A DNA stretch of 43,959 nt from a virus: the UHGV virus genome UHGV-0342795; one strand, 5' to 3'. The notes beneath the pieces are model-generated. The model was not told the origin of the DNA and searched no databases. It worked only from the letters and a program-made list of their open reading frames with translations. Position 1 is the stretch's first letter; the number at the start of each line of letters is the position of its first letter. This document shows positions 1-9,175 of this stretch, piece after piece. The position numbers were made by a program, and so were the translations under genes.

Positions 1-534
1 ACAGGAACAATTTCTTCCACTGTAGCTGGTGGTACGGTTAGCGCGTCCACGACTGTTAAAACCAACTCAGGCGCTACTACAGCTACTGGCACAAACTCAA
101 CAACTCAAATAGAAGCGTTAACAACGACAACGACAACGTCAGGAATTGTGGGTTCTACTACCCTAAGTATTGCAACTATTCCAAGTCATAACCACGAATT
201 TCGCTACGTTTTAGGTTCTCAAGGTGGAACCAACCACTACGCAGTTGCGCTAGAAACTGAAGGTTCTTGGAACGGTTCTTTCATAAATTACACTGGAGGA
301 AACGCTGCACATTCGCATTCTTTAGCAATGAACGCGCATAATCATTACATCGCTACTCCTAATAGCCACTCTCACACGTTCATAGGCGCGCCTCACAACC
401 ATGCAATTCCATCTTTAACTGTAAACGCTCCCACGTTTACTGGAACAGCGCACACTCATACGTTTACTGGCTCGTCTACTGTCACCGCCCCTCCATACTA
501 CGCTCTTTGCTATTTCATCAAACTTCCTGAATAG
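1..534 (+). CDS. Tail fibre protein, C-terminal part (5'-truncated by the window start); collar-like domain with six HxH motifs
   Basis: The reading frame is open from base 1 in the frame of the listed ORF and stops at TAG 532-534. Six HxH motifs are present (SHNHEF, AAHSHSL, AHNHYI, SHSHTF, PHNHAI, AHTHTF), typical of metal-binding trimeric fibre tips. It lies immediately upstream of a tail-fibre-assembly gene. Confidence 0.6.
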   Translation, partial: TGTISSTVAGGTVSASTTVKTNSGATTATGTNSTTQIEALTTTTTTSGIVGSTTLSIATIPSHNHEFRYVLGSQGGTNHYAVALETEGSWNGSFINYTGGNAAHSHSLAMNAHNHYIATPNSHSHTFIGAPHNHAIPSLTVNAPTFTGTAHTHTFTGSSTVTAPPYYALCYFIKLPE

Positions 535-544
535 GAGCTCTACA

Positions 545-1075
545 ATGCAAAGACTTATGATTGATTTTTTATCAAAGCGTATCATGTCCGACAAAACTAC
601 AGTGGCTGTTACTGATGCGTACGAATTTAAGCCGTTGTTTATTGATGGGCATAAGGTTTCCGTTGTTCAATGCTACGGTGATCGCGGGGAAGTTGAGTTT
701 GAAGATAAAACACACGCAAATTTGAACGTAGACTCTGAGTTTATTTCCAACGAACTTTCTTACTACAAAACTTTGTTTGATACGGTTTATGCGGAAATAT
801 CGTCTCGTCAGAAAGCCAATGAAGTAAAGCCAGAAGACTTGGTGAGAGCAGAAAGAAATAAGCTTCTTTCCCAAACGGATTATCTGCTGCTACCTGACGT
901 GCCTATCAGTGAATCCGAAAAGGAAGAAGTCATTGCTTATCGTCAGGCTCTTCGCGATATCACTGAACATCCGGGGTTCCCTTGGTCTGGAGTGGTGGAC
1001 AGCCCTGAAGTCCCATGGCCCGATAAGCCCTCTTTCCTTCAGCCTGAAGACGAAATAACGGTTCCTGAACTGTAA
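545..1075 (+). CDS. Tail fibre assembly chaperone (Tfa-like)
   Basis: The ATG is preceded by AGGAG. The C-terminal part (LLSQTDYLLLPDVP...YRQALRDITEHPGFPW...VPWPDKP) matches the conserved Tfa/gpG signature R..LL..SDW..lpD....YRQALRDi...fP..WP..P. Confidence 0.7.
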   Translation: MQRLMIDFLSKRIMSDKTTVAVTDAYEFKPLFIDGHKVSVVQCYGDRGEVEFEDKTHANLNVDSEFISNELSYYKTLFDTVYAEISSRQKANEVKPEDLVRAERNKLLSQTDYLLLPDVPISESEKEEVIAYRQALRDITEHPGFPWSGVVDSPEVPWPDKPSFLQPEDEITVPEL

Positions 1076-1124
1076 AAACAAAAGCCCCCTGCCGAGTGTT
1101 ACCTTGGCAGGGGGCTTTTGTTTT
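1075..1124. terminator. Bidirectional rho-independent terminator between convergent transcription units
   Basis: A perfect 13-bp stem (aaagccccctgcc 1081-1093 with ggcagggggcttt 1106-1118) extends to about 19 bp including flanking A/T pairs. The loop is 12 nt and there are A and T runs on either side. It lies between the Tfa stop (1075) and the stop of the leftward gene (1123). Confidence 0.7.
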
Positions 1125-1368
1125 ATAAGCTGTACATCACAAACTGGTTGATGATTTCAGCGCGGATGATCATCCTGTAAGGCTTCTTTTCATCACCGCC
1201 GACACCTCTGATATAAATAGTTTCTTCATCAAGGAGCGACATCTCATTGACCGCCAGATCAATCTGAGGCGGATTGTGATCCTTGAGGACAAGCGTGACG
1301 ATAATGCTTTCCTTTTTGTTAGAAGCCGAGTTGAATTCATCCACGATGAAAGTAGCGATAAAAGACAT
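1123..1368 (-). CDS. Hypothetical protein (81 aa)
   Basis: The ORF track start is a TTG. The in-frame ATG at 1368-1366 is preceded by GGAGG with a 5-nt spacer. This is the last gene of the leftward operon, ending at the terminator. Confidence 0.45.
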   Translation of the reverse strand: MSFIATFIVDEFNSASNKKESIIVTLVLKDHNPPQIDLAVNEMSLLDEETIYIRGVGGDEKKPYRMIIRAEIINQFVMYSL

Positions 1369-1527
1369 ATTAACCTCCAATTACGATACCAGTAACATAA
1401 CCAAACAACCAAGTTACCACAGCCACACTTATCACTGTTTGTTCACTGACGCAATTACCTCGCTTGTCAGCGAAGAACAGTGTGACAAGTCCAATCAGGA
1501 CAACCAGAATAGGAAGCGCGTGTTTCA

Positions 1528-1683
1528 TTACTTCCACAACAGTCCTGTTATTGTTCCAATAATGTATACCAACGTCCAGAGAAGAATTAACGCCAAGAGA
1601 AGAATTTGATCTCTTTGTTTGGGGAAGTTAAAGGTTAACCCAATGAACAGTGCTAACTGAAAAAGCCCGACAATCACAAACAT
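1528..1683 (-). CDS. Small hydrophobic protein (about 51 aa, two predicted TM segments)
   Basis: An internal ATG (1683-1681) of the listed 1528..1824 ORF lies downstream of the polymerase stop. The protein has two hydrophobic stretches (FVIVGLFQLALFIGLTF and ILLLALILLWTLVYIIGTITGLL). The Shine-Dalgarno is weak. Confidence 0.25.
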   Translation of the reverse strand: MFVIVGLFQLALFIGLTFNFPKQRDQILLLALILLWTLVYIIGTITGLLWK

Positions 1684-1792
1684 ATGCCTATCCCTATTCC
1701 TATCAAGAGACCAACTCCAAAAAACAGAGCGGCAAAGGCCGCAAGTGCGATCTTTACAGAGTGGATGTCTCTCTTCGTAATCTGCTCTTCCA

Positions 1793-3616
1793 TTAGTCTG
1801 CCTCCGCCCAGTTTTTCGCCTCATGGCAATCTACAATCAACGGAACCCTCAACGTAACGCATTCTTCAAGCACCCGCTTGAGTTCCTTGAGGGCTTCTTT
1901 GCCCATTTTCGTTGGAGGTACGGACACGTCAATTTCGTCGTGTACGGTAATGTGAGGGGGAAGCACTTCAAATAGCCCTGCCTCGTACGCATCCACCATA
2001 CCTTTCTTCATGATATCCGCCGCCGTCCCCTGAATCAACCTGTTGTACAACGAGTGCAATTTGCGGGAGGGATGCACTCTTGCCCTCCTGCCAAGCAACG
2101 TGAATATGTACCCTGCTTGGGTAGCCTTTTCCACAACGCGCTTGCGTGTCTGCTTCAGGAAGGGAACCTCCTTGTGGTACGCCTCCATGAACATGACCGC
2201 CTCTTCCTTTGACCAATAGAACTTGCGGGAGGCCGCTTCAGCGCCCATGCCGTATGACGCGCCGAAGTTGAGTCGCTTGGCTGTACGCCTGTCGAACCCA
2301 GTGAGATCCTGAATGTGCTGATGGTAGTCCGTCTTCGGGTTGTCCCTGTACGTCTGCCTCAGCTCTTCGCTTCCAGGTCCAATCGCGTAATGCGCGCCTA
2401 TTCGGTACTCAACCTGACTTTGGTCGAGTTTAGCCCACGTGTACCCTTCCTCCGGAATGAATAGCTTGCGCAGGATTTGACCTTCTAGCAATTCGTCACC
2501 ACCTGAGAACAGGTCGTCTTCCTGTGCTGAAACCTGTTGCAGGTTGGGTTTCGCGCTTGAAAAGCGTCCCGACACAGCTCCGTATCCGTCGCTCTTGAGC
2601 GGATGGAACTGGCAATGCAGTCTGTCCCCTACGACGAAGTCGTAGTACGGAATGAGGAACATGTTGGTTAGCGTGTTGTAATGCCGCCACAACAGGATAG
2701 TCTTCAGCTTAGGATCAGTCCCGGCCATGACCATACGCGTGATGGCATCCTTGTCCAGATTGGGGTTGCCCTCCTTGCCTTTCATCTTCATGAATTCAGT
2801 TGGAGGATTGCGTGGGTACTCAATGCCCTTTCTGTCCAGCACCTTGGCAAGCTGAGTGGACGATCCAATATCGAACTCCCCGCCAGCCCATTCATAAAGG
2901 TCTGTTTGAAGTTCGTACATTTTGTCCACCACAGCCAAGGAAGTCTTCTTTAGCCGAGGCATGTCCAGCCTTACCCCTTGTTTGCGCATTTGAATCAGCA
3001 ACGGTATGAGGCGGCACTCTATGCTATACACCTCATCAAGACCCTGCCTAGAGATGACCTCCCGTTGCTTCTCGATGATTCGCATGGGCAGCATGCCGTC
3101 CAGCTCGGCATACCGGGCTACAGCTTGCGCTGGCATCCTCCAAATGTGTTCACGAGCGTCCTTGAACTTCCAGCCTTGTTTGGCGCAATACATATCCAAC
3201 AGGTCTGAAGCCTTCTCTTCGCACCCATAGATTTTAGCCAAGGCGGACAAACTGTAGGACTGACGGTATTCGTCAATCAACGGCTCAGCATATTGGATAT
3301 CTTCAAACGGCCCTTTGACTTCAATACCCATGTTGTTAACGAGCCAGTCAAGATCGTATACGATGTTGGCTCCAACCTTGCGCGTGGGTTTGGCAAGAAT
3401 GTCCTTGATTATGCGCAGGTTGCGCTCCTTGCGTTCAGGAGTGGTATCAGGATGCGCAATGTCCAAATAGACTGCCCTTTCCTTTGTCGCCAGCGAAACG
3501 CCAACAACGTACCCGTCCTTACGAAAGACTCCCGGCCCTTTTGATCTAAGGTGAGGGTCTTTCGTTTCAGTATCTACGCCTATTTCAGTGGCGGAACTCA
3601 GCCAATCAAAACTCAT
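1793..3616 (-). CDS. DNA polymerase I-like (family A) with 3'-5' exonuclease domain
   Basis: An Exo I-like motif (GVDTET) lies near the N-terminus. Pol A motif B (RRTAKRLNFGASYGMG) and motif C (VHDEIDV) are present. The start is taken at the ATG 3616-3614, which has AAGGAG upstream. The listed ORF extends 16 codons further upstream. Confidence 0.9.
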   Translation of the reverse strand: MSFDWLSSATEIGVDTETKDPHLRSKGPGVFRKDGYVVGVSLATKERAVYLDIAHPDTTPERKERNLRIIKDILAKPTRKVGANIVYDLDWLVNNMGIEVKGPFEDIQYAEPLIDEYRQSYSLSALAKIYGCEEKASDLLDMYCAKQGWKFKDAREHIWRMPAQAVARYAELDGMLPMRIIEKQREVISRQGLDEVYSIECRLIPLLIQMRKQGVRLDMPRLKKTSLAVVDKMYELQTDLYEWAGGEFDIGSSTQLAKVLDRKGIEYPRNPPTEFMKMKGKEGNPNLDKDAITRMVMAGTDPKLKTILLWRHYNTLTNMFLIPYYDFVVGDRLHCQFHPLKSDGYGAVSGRFSSAKPNLQQVSAQEDDLFSGGDELLEGQILRKLFIPEEGYTWAKLDQSQVEYRIGAHYAIGPGSEELRQTYRDNPKTDYHQHIQDLTGFDRRTAKRLNFGASYGMGAEAASRKFYWSKEEAVMFMEAYHKEVPFLKQTRKRVVEKATQAGYIFTLLGRRARVHPSRKLHSLYNRLIQGTAADIMKKGMVDAYEAGLFEVLPPHITVHDEIDVSVPPTKMGKEALKELKRVLEECVTLRVPLIVDCHEAKNWAEAD

Positions 3617-4100
3617 TATTCCGCTCCTTTGCCCTTTTAGTTCTTTCCCTCTTTGAGGCCTCATGTGCCAGTGCCTTGCACTCGTCAGAGCAATACTTGA
3701 ACCTTGCGTCGCCCTTAAAAGGCTGTCCGCACTGCTTGCAATAGATCACGTGGGGCTCAGACCGTTGCGCCGCATTTTTGCACGCATGACAGCAGTAGCG
3801 TTGCCAAGGTACAGCAGGAACAAACGTGTTGTAGCAGTCGGGGTTGGCGCACGACCTGCGCTCCTGTTCCCTTTCCTTTTGCTCCTTTTTGATCTTATCG
3901 GCAAGGCTGGAATTGCATATGGCACATACAACGGTCTTCGTAGCGTTACCCACAAGCACATTGCGCCCGCAGATCGTGCATGCAAGAACCTTCATAGCGT
4001 CTCCTGGATTTTTACCATGCGCAGGAACGTCGCTTTGGGAGGCGAAAATTCCTTTCGTGGCCTTTGCCCTATGCCGAAAGTGCGTCCTGCAAAACGGCAT
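3606..4100 (-). CDS. Cys-rich zinc-ribbon protein
   Basis: Six CxxC/Cx3-4C pairs occur along the 164 aa (CTICG, CAICN, CANPDC, CCHAC, CKQCG, CSDEC). Its 3' end overlaps the polymerase start by 11 nt. Confidence 0.5.
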   Translation of the reverse strand: MPFCRTHFRHRAKATKGIFASQSDVPAHGKNPGDAMKVLACTICGRNVLVGNATKTVVCAICNSSLADKIKKEQKEREQERRSCANPDCYNTFVPAVPWQRYCCHACKNAAQRSEPHVIYCKQCGQPFKGDARFKYCSDECKALAHEASKRERTKRAKERNNEF

Positions 4101-4139
4101 TCCTGCGCATTTTAAGAGTTTGTCTGTTATTTCAGTAGG

Positions 4140-5411
4140 TTACTTAGAGCTCGCTTCCATCAGACTCAGGACTTCAATGAGAGGCCAATGGCCCTTGTAG
4201 TCCGTCTTATAGGGCTGGTCATAAATGACCTTGCGCACCCCAAGGTGGTTGAGAAGCTTCAGGCATGCGTCGCATGGCCCATGCGTCACGTACACTACAG
4301 CGTTGCTCCAGTCTGAGAATCCGTTCTGGAGAGCCTTTATGCAAGCCCTCATTTCAGCGTGAACGGAGTAGCAACCGTCGCTGTAGAACACTTCCTTTTT
4401 GTCCCTTGCGCATTCAGTGCAAGCCTCCCCGTCCCGGTCTCCGTACCCCGTTGCGATGACTTCTCCACGTGAGATAATCACAGCCCCACACTTCTTTTTT
4501 AAGCAACGGGACTGCTTGGAGGCCTCCCATGCCACGTTCATATTCAGATTATGATTGCGCCAATCGAATAACCCGATAAAACGTTGCACAAAAGCTCCAA
4601 TTGTCAAACGCTGAATAGCGGCTTGGGGGCACGACACCAACGGCTGTGCAACATCAAGGTTCTCGTTGGTGAATCTCTTTTCGCAATCCCTGAACTTGTC
4701 AAACGCCCATTCATAGAAGTGCAAGTTGAGGGCTTGATGGATGTGATAGCCTAATCCAAGGTTAGGATACGTTCTTTTAAGCATTGCGAGCGCAGTGTAA
4801 TGCACGACCCTGAAGAAAGGCAAGTCATACGGCAGACCGTACCAAAGGTCATTGGATCGCATGATGACTTGCATGTTGAGCGCATCACCTTGAATGTACA
4901 GGTTGATGATCAATGTGCAAGGATTATCGTTGCTGATGTAGGCATGTTCCTTGGAGTACAGCGTCATCACAGCCTTTTTGGAATCAGGGTTGTTACGCAA
5001 GCAATTGATTGCGTGCTCGAACTGAGTAAAACCATGCTTATTCTCGTCATGGAACAGAAGGAACCCATAGTTGCTGTTGATGGTTTTTCCGTCGTCGGAG
5101 CACTTGCTCCAGAACTTGCTCATCTTTACAGCGTCTTCCAATTGACGAGATCCGCTCGCGTAAAAGTCCAGTTCCTTCTCAAGGTACTCCTGAGAGGGAT
5201 ACCGTCCAAGGCAATACGTAGAAGCCTCCGGGTCGAGCACCAACGTTACGTTGCGCATTTCGTAGAGCCCTTGACCCTTGCGGTTAACAGTGTGCCGACC
5301 GTTCTTATGGATGTAATAGAAGATATCCAAGAAAGGCACGCACTGTCCTTTCTTTACGTTAAAGGTAGTGAACACAGGGTATTCGTTAGTTCCAAGTTGA
5401 GGGGTATCCAT
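4140..5411 (-). CDS. Fusion protein with an N-terminal thymidylate-synthase-fold domain (pyrimidine C5-modifying enzyme, Asp at the TS Asn177 position) and a C-terminal dCMP/cytidine-deaminase domain
   Basis: The TS core aligns without gaps to E. coli ThyA 144-181. NPCTLIINLYIQGDALNMQVIMRSNDLWYGLPYDLPFF aligns with [38 protein letters not shown], conserving the catalytic Cys, R166, S167 and D169, with D in place of N177. The C-terminal 120 aa carry the CDA zinc motifs HAEMRA and PCDAC (VVYVTHGPCDACLKLL). AAAGGA lies upstream of the ATG. Confidence 0.8.
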   Translation of the reverse strand: MDTPQLGTNEYPVFTTFNVKKGQCVPFLDIFYYIHKNGRHTVNRKGQGLYEMRNVTLVLDPEASTYCLGRYPSQEYLEKELDFYASGSRQLEDAVKMSKFWSKCSDDGKTINSNYGFLLFHDENKHGFTQFEHAINCLRNNPDSKKAVMTLYSKEHAYISNDNPCTLIINLYIQGDALNMQVIMRSNDLWYGLPYDLPFFRVVHYTALAMLKRTYPNLGLGYHIHQALNLHFYEWAFDKFRDCEKRFTNENLDVAQPLVSCPQAAIQRLTIGAFVQRFIGLFDWRNHNLNMNVAWEASKQSRCLKKKCGAVIISRGEVIATGYGDRDGEACTECARDKKEVFYSDGCYSVHAEMRACIKALQNGFSDWSNAVVYVTHGPCDACLKLLNHLGVRKVIYDQPYKTDYKGHWPLIEVLSLMEASSK

Positions 5412-6801
5412 ATGTGTTTTCCTTTAATTTTAAGGTTAATCTGTTCTTTGCCCTTGTTACTCCTACGTAATACGCCCTAAGCTCTGAGTTCATAAACGAA
5501 ACCCACGTTCGGTACGTCTTGTAGGAGAAGTCTAGAGCCAATACAACGTGGGAGCTTTCGGCTCCCTTCGCCGCGTGAATTGTACTGAGTGTTATATTGG
5601 GTTCCTTTTCAAAGTTCTCCTTTGATCTAAGAAGCCTACGAATGAACCCTGCCTCTTCCTGATTGGCGTAAACAACGAACCATGGAGAGCTAGGGCAATC
5701 CAGTGTAAGAAAGAAGTCCTTGTACAGTTCAAGCAGTCGTTTGGCCTTTTCGTACCCTTTTTCTCTCTTTCTTACTTGCTCGTACAGGGTTATGGCGCGA
5801 AGAGACTTAGGATTAACAGCGGGCTTTATCGCATTCTTTTCTACCTTGGAGTAGTTAACTCCTATAAGCCGCAACCACTTTTCAGCCCTGTTGAGCTCTG
5901 CATGGGTTCTTGCAAGAACCAATGTAGGAGTGTTAGGCTCAAAAGACACGTTAGCCCAATTGGTAGCCGAATCTAACACGCCCTCCTCGTCACGAGGATT
6001 GAATATCTTTTTGGAGCTTCCCGCTATCCTAGAAGATATCTCCATTGCAAAATGATGAATGGCCTTTGGAAGCCTGTGACTCTGGTCAAGAACTTTGTAG
6101 GACGGAACGTCAATGAACCGTTGAACGTCGGCTCCTGCCCATTCGTATACCCCTTGGTCATCGTCACCTGCAATATAGACCTTAGAAGCGTTGCTGAACA
6201 GCTTTAGCATCACCTCCCATTGAAGCATAGTCAAGTCCTGCGCCTCGTCTATGAAGACCACGTCCACGGGCAATGGATCTTGAGTTAAGTAACTCTGATA
6301 CAGTATGTCCGTGAAGTCCATCAATCCATTCTGCTTCTTGTAGCGCAGGTAGTTCTTTTCTACAAAACGCAGCAGTTGTGTATTTGAGTCTTTGATGAAT
6401 ACTTCAAACACATCAGGATTGGTAAGACGAAGTTGGCATGCCACAATGCAACGTGCAGTTTCTGAATGTGGAACCCCTGTTGCATACAGGTCTGACATAA
6501 CCAGAGGCAAACCCAAAGCGTGGGCAAGTTCCCTATAATGCTCGCTTCCCATTACCTGATCCCTTGTGAGACCAAGCTGGTGATAACAAATGGAGTGCAT
6601 GGTTTTAAAGTAAGGAACGTCCTCCTTCTTTAAGTTGAACCTTTTGAGTGCCCGATCTACGCCCTCGTACGCACCCTTCCTTGTGAAGGATACAAAGGCT
6701 ATCCTTTCGGGAGGTGTGCGCTTGAGCTCTTCTTCTAGCGTATCGAGCAGGAAGGTTGTCTTGCCTGTTCCTGGAGGCCCAATGATCTTGTACAAGTTCA
6801 T
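5386..6801 (-). CDS. UvrD/Rep-like superfamily-1 DNA helicase
   Basis: Walker A is GPPGTGKTT. Motif II is VFIDEAQDL and motif III is GDDDQGVYEWAGADV. The C-terminus has TIHAAKGAESSHVVL (motif VI-like). The start ATG overlaps the upstream gene's stop as TAATG. Confidence 0.8.
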   Translation of the reverse strand: MNLYKIIGPPGTGKTTFLLDTLEEELKRTPPERIAFVSFTRKGAYEGVDRALKRFNLKKEDVPYFKTMHSICYHQLGLTRDQVMGSEHYRELAHALGLPLVMSDLYATGVPHSETARCIVACQLRLTNPDVFEVFIKDSNTQLLRFVEKNYLRYKKQNGLMDFTDILYQSYLTQDPLPVDVVFIDEAQDLTMLQWEVMLKLFSNASKVYIAGDDDQGVYEWAGADVQRFIDVPSYKVLDQSHRLPKAIHHFAMEISSRIAGSSKKIFNPRDEEGVLDSATNWANVSFEPNTPTLVLARTHAELNRAEKWLRLIGVNYSKVEKNAIKPAVNPKSLRAITLYEQVRKREKGYEKAKRLLELYKDFFLTLDCPSSPWFVVYANQEEAGFIRRLLRSKENFEKEPNITLSTIHAAKGAESSHVVLALDFSYKTYRTWVSFMNSELRAYYVGVTRAKNRLTLKLKENTYGYPSTWN

Positions 6802-8489
6802 TAGAAATCTCCCTGTTCCTGTTCAAACTTTAGGGCTGGGACGGTTTCATCGTCTTCTACGTCTTCGCGTTGCAACGCCATGCGGCGCAGTTTTTCCGCC
6901 GCCGTAAGCGGACGGCCTCCCTGAGGGGACTCTGAAGGACGTTTTCCCTGCTGGGTAGGAGCAGGGGTAGCCGCCGGGGAAGTGCCCTCAAAATCGCAGG
7001 GAGCCTCCTCCAACGCTTGCTGGTGTATAGCCCAAACCCTAAACGCCTTCTTGGTGAGCGGGTTATAGAGCTTTGTGGCGTATGCCCCATAGTTTTTCAG
7101 TTGCTGATGCAGTCTGTTCGTCCCGCCTATCTTGTAGCGTTTGATGTACTCCAAGAACCCCATGAAATCAGTGGGACGGAAGCAGTAACCCAAGTCATCA
7201 TCGAAGTAAGCCTGACCCATTAGAACCTGACCCGGAGCCTGAGCAAGCTGGCGTTCCATGAGGAACTCCCTCAGATGTTGCTTAAGGATCTCGGTTTCGG
7301 ACAACATTTCGTCCCCATTGTCTAGCTTCACTATTTCAATGTTGGAAAGGGCTTTGTTGAGGATTTCAATCCATATGGAGTCCTTGAGCCGATTTGGGCA
7401 TCTATGAAGATACCTGACGCAATAATCTGCGAATCTGTCCTGCTTACGCAATTCAGCTTCAGAATAAAACGTCATGTCCTGCCCATTGATCTTCCATATG
7501 TAATACGGTGGATCCGATTCAACCTGACGCAAGCCCTCAAATGAGAAGTCGCTCACGTAGGTTGAGCTTTTGCCGAACTTGCGTTTGGCGCAGACTGCCT
7601 TATTGCAGAAGTCAGCCAGCCAAGGTTCATCACACTGGTAACTGTAGTCGCCGTTGATGAAAGAATGAAGAACAGTGCGTTCCAACTCCAATTCATCCAT
7701 AGGCGTAGCCAGTGAGTTGTTTACGGCCTTGAGCCGTTCCTCATAGTCATCAGGGTTCCTGCTCTTCAGATAGACGCAAGTGTTGAACAGAAACTTGTTT
7801 CGGTTATGGTTCTCTTCCGTCACCAGACCCGACAGGTAGAGCCGTTGAAGGCAAGGCGGAGCCTCTGCAAAGGGCATACGAGTAAGTGCGTCCTTGAGTG
7901 CGCCCACAGAAGTCCTTCGGCTCCATGCGAGCTCCATTGCCTCTTCAAACCCAAGGGGATTTCCCTCATCGTCGTAGGCGTAGCGTGTCGTGTTGTAGGC
8001 ATCAAAGTACGGAAGGTTGATCCAGTTGCCTATGGCTTCCGTAGACGCTTGCTTTGGAAAGATCTCAGTATCCTTTGGGAGACCCAACAGAGATACAGTT
8101 CTTTCCAGTTGCTGTATTACAGCCCTTGCTTCTGTCTCCTTAGCGAAGAAAATAAAGGCATGCGCTCCTCCACTCTTGCTCTTGAACACCGTAAAGGGCA
8201 AGCTATACTTGGCAAAGAAGAAGCAAAACCGACGGGGATCCAAGGGGTATACGTCTATGTCGATAGCCGCGAACCATACCTTGTTGTCCCCCGTCAGCGG
8301 AACTATCCCAATGGACTTTGTTCCTTTGATATGCTCCTCGTAAACCTCGTCCGTGATTGCCGTCTTTTCAGTGTATGACGATCCCTTTCGCTTTTCACCT
8401 TCCACGTGTGGGGATTTGTCTGGCACGTGAACTCCGTAGCAAGAATCCCTTCCGGTGAAAAGCAGTTTGAATTGTGCCAGCGCGGACAT
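6801..8489 (-). CDS. Primase-polymerase (archaeo-eukaryotic primase fold) with C-terminal extension
   Basis: AEP motif I is SIGIVPLTGDNKVWFAAIDIDVY (the hD.D triad). Motif II is SKSGGAHAFIFF (sGxGxH). The gene sits between two helicases in the replication module. Confidence 0.65.
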   Translation of the reverse strand: MSALAQFKLLFTGRDSCYGVHVPDKSPHVEGEKRKGSSYTEKTAITDEVYEEHIKGTKSIGIVPLTGDNKVWFAAIDIDVYPLDPRRFCFFFAKYSLPFTVFKSKSGGAHAFIFFAKETEARAVIQQLERTVSLLGLPKDTEIFPKQASTEAIGNWINLPYFDAYNTTRYAYDDEGNPLGFEEAMELAWSRRTSVGALKDALTRMPFAEAPPCLQRLYLSGLVTEENHNRNKFLFNTCVYLKSRNPDDYEERLKAVNNSLATPMDELELERTVLHSFINGDYSYQCDEPWLADFCNKAVCAKRKFGKSSTYVSDFSFEGLRQVESDPPYYIWKINGQDMTFYSEAELRKQDRFADYCVRYLHRCPNRLKDSIWIEILNKALSNIEIVKLDNGDEMLSETEILKQHLREFLMERQLAQAPGQVLMGQAYFDDDLGYCFRPTDFMGFLEYIKRYKIGGTNRLHQQLKNYGAYATKLYNPLTKKAFRVWAIHQQALEEAPCDFEGTSPAATPAPTQQGKRPSESPQGGRPLTAAEKLRRMALQREDVEDDETVPALKFEQEQGDF

Positions 8490-8494
8490 AGAGC

Positions 8495-9175
8495 CTACCT
8501 AGGATTTTTGCAGTACGTATGGAAGTAGTCTTCCCACAAGCCGTTGAGATTGAGCCACGTGTAGAAGTTGGTTATCTGATTGACGATCCGTTCCTCAGCC
8601 GTTTCCAAGTCCAGCTTCATATTGATAGCCTTCAAGGACTTGATCTTCGTTGACCCCGTGTCTTCCCATACAGCCACGAGGAATTGGAAATAAGGTATCT
8701 CCCAGAACATGCCGTAGACCAGAGGTTGCCAAGACTCGGTATACTTACGTTCATCCTTGAAGTTGCCCGTGGTCTTTATATCGATGATCTTTCCGTACTG
8801 AAAATGATCCGAACCCTTGGGGAACAGAACGTCTGCTTTGCCAGCGGTCTTTACCTTGCCGTATCCCGGAACGTCATAAGTCCGTTCGCCCCATACTTGG
8901 AACTTGCCGTACATGCACCTGTCCACTACGATCTTGAACTCAGTGCTTCCCGGCAGTTCATGGTTCTTCCAGCCAAACTGCAAACACCCTTCCACTCGCT
9001 TTTGAACCTGAGCTTCAAAATTGAGACCCTTGGTGATCTCGGGAGTGGGCTTGAAAGGAGCCCTTTTGATCGTGCTGACCAGCCCTTCATACGCTCTGAC
9101 CTTCCAGCTTTCGGGGCATCCGATATAGAAGTCAAACGAGTTCAGCAAAGTCGGAGCTATTTTTAATGTTGCCAT
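8495..9175 (-). CDS. PD-(D/E)xK family nuclease (phage exonuclease/RecB-like)
   Basis: The motif ...ADVLF...GKIIDIKTTGNFKDERKY is a D...(h)D-h-K pattern. The start is taken at the ATG 9175-9173, which has AAGGAA upstream. The listed ORF begins 24 codons earlier. Confidence 0.55.
   Translation of the reverse strand: MATLKIAPTLLNSFDFYIGCPESWKVRAYEGLVSTIKRAPFKPTPEITKGLNFEAQVQKRVEGCLQFGWKNHELPGSTEFKIVVDRCMYGKFQVWGERTYDVPGYGKVKTAGKADVLFPKGSDHFQYGKIIDIKTTGNFKDERKYTESWQPLVYGMFWEIPYFQFLVAVWEDTGSTKIKSLKAINMKLDLETAEERIVNQITNFYTWLNLNGLWEDYFHTYCKNPR

Noticed and set aside
1283-1609. 108-aa plus-strand ORF between the leftward genes
   Set aside because: It runs opposite to the local leftward operon and overlaps the better-supported small genes on the minus strand. 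It has no SD.
2496-3544. Several 60-90 aa ORFs on both strands inside the DNA polymerase gene (e.g. 2681..2953+, 3293..3544+)
   Set aside because: They are embedded in a gene with unambiguous Pol A motifs in the other frame or strand. They lack start signals.
4800-5480. 226-aa plus-strand ORF antisense to the TS-fold/deaminase gene
   Set aside because: The minus-strand frame encodes clear ThyA and deaminase motifs. The plus-strand ORF has no start context and would be transcribed against the operon.
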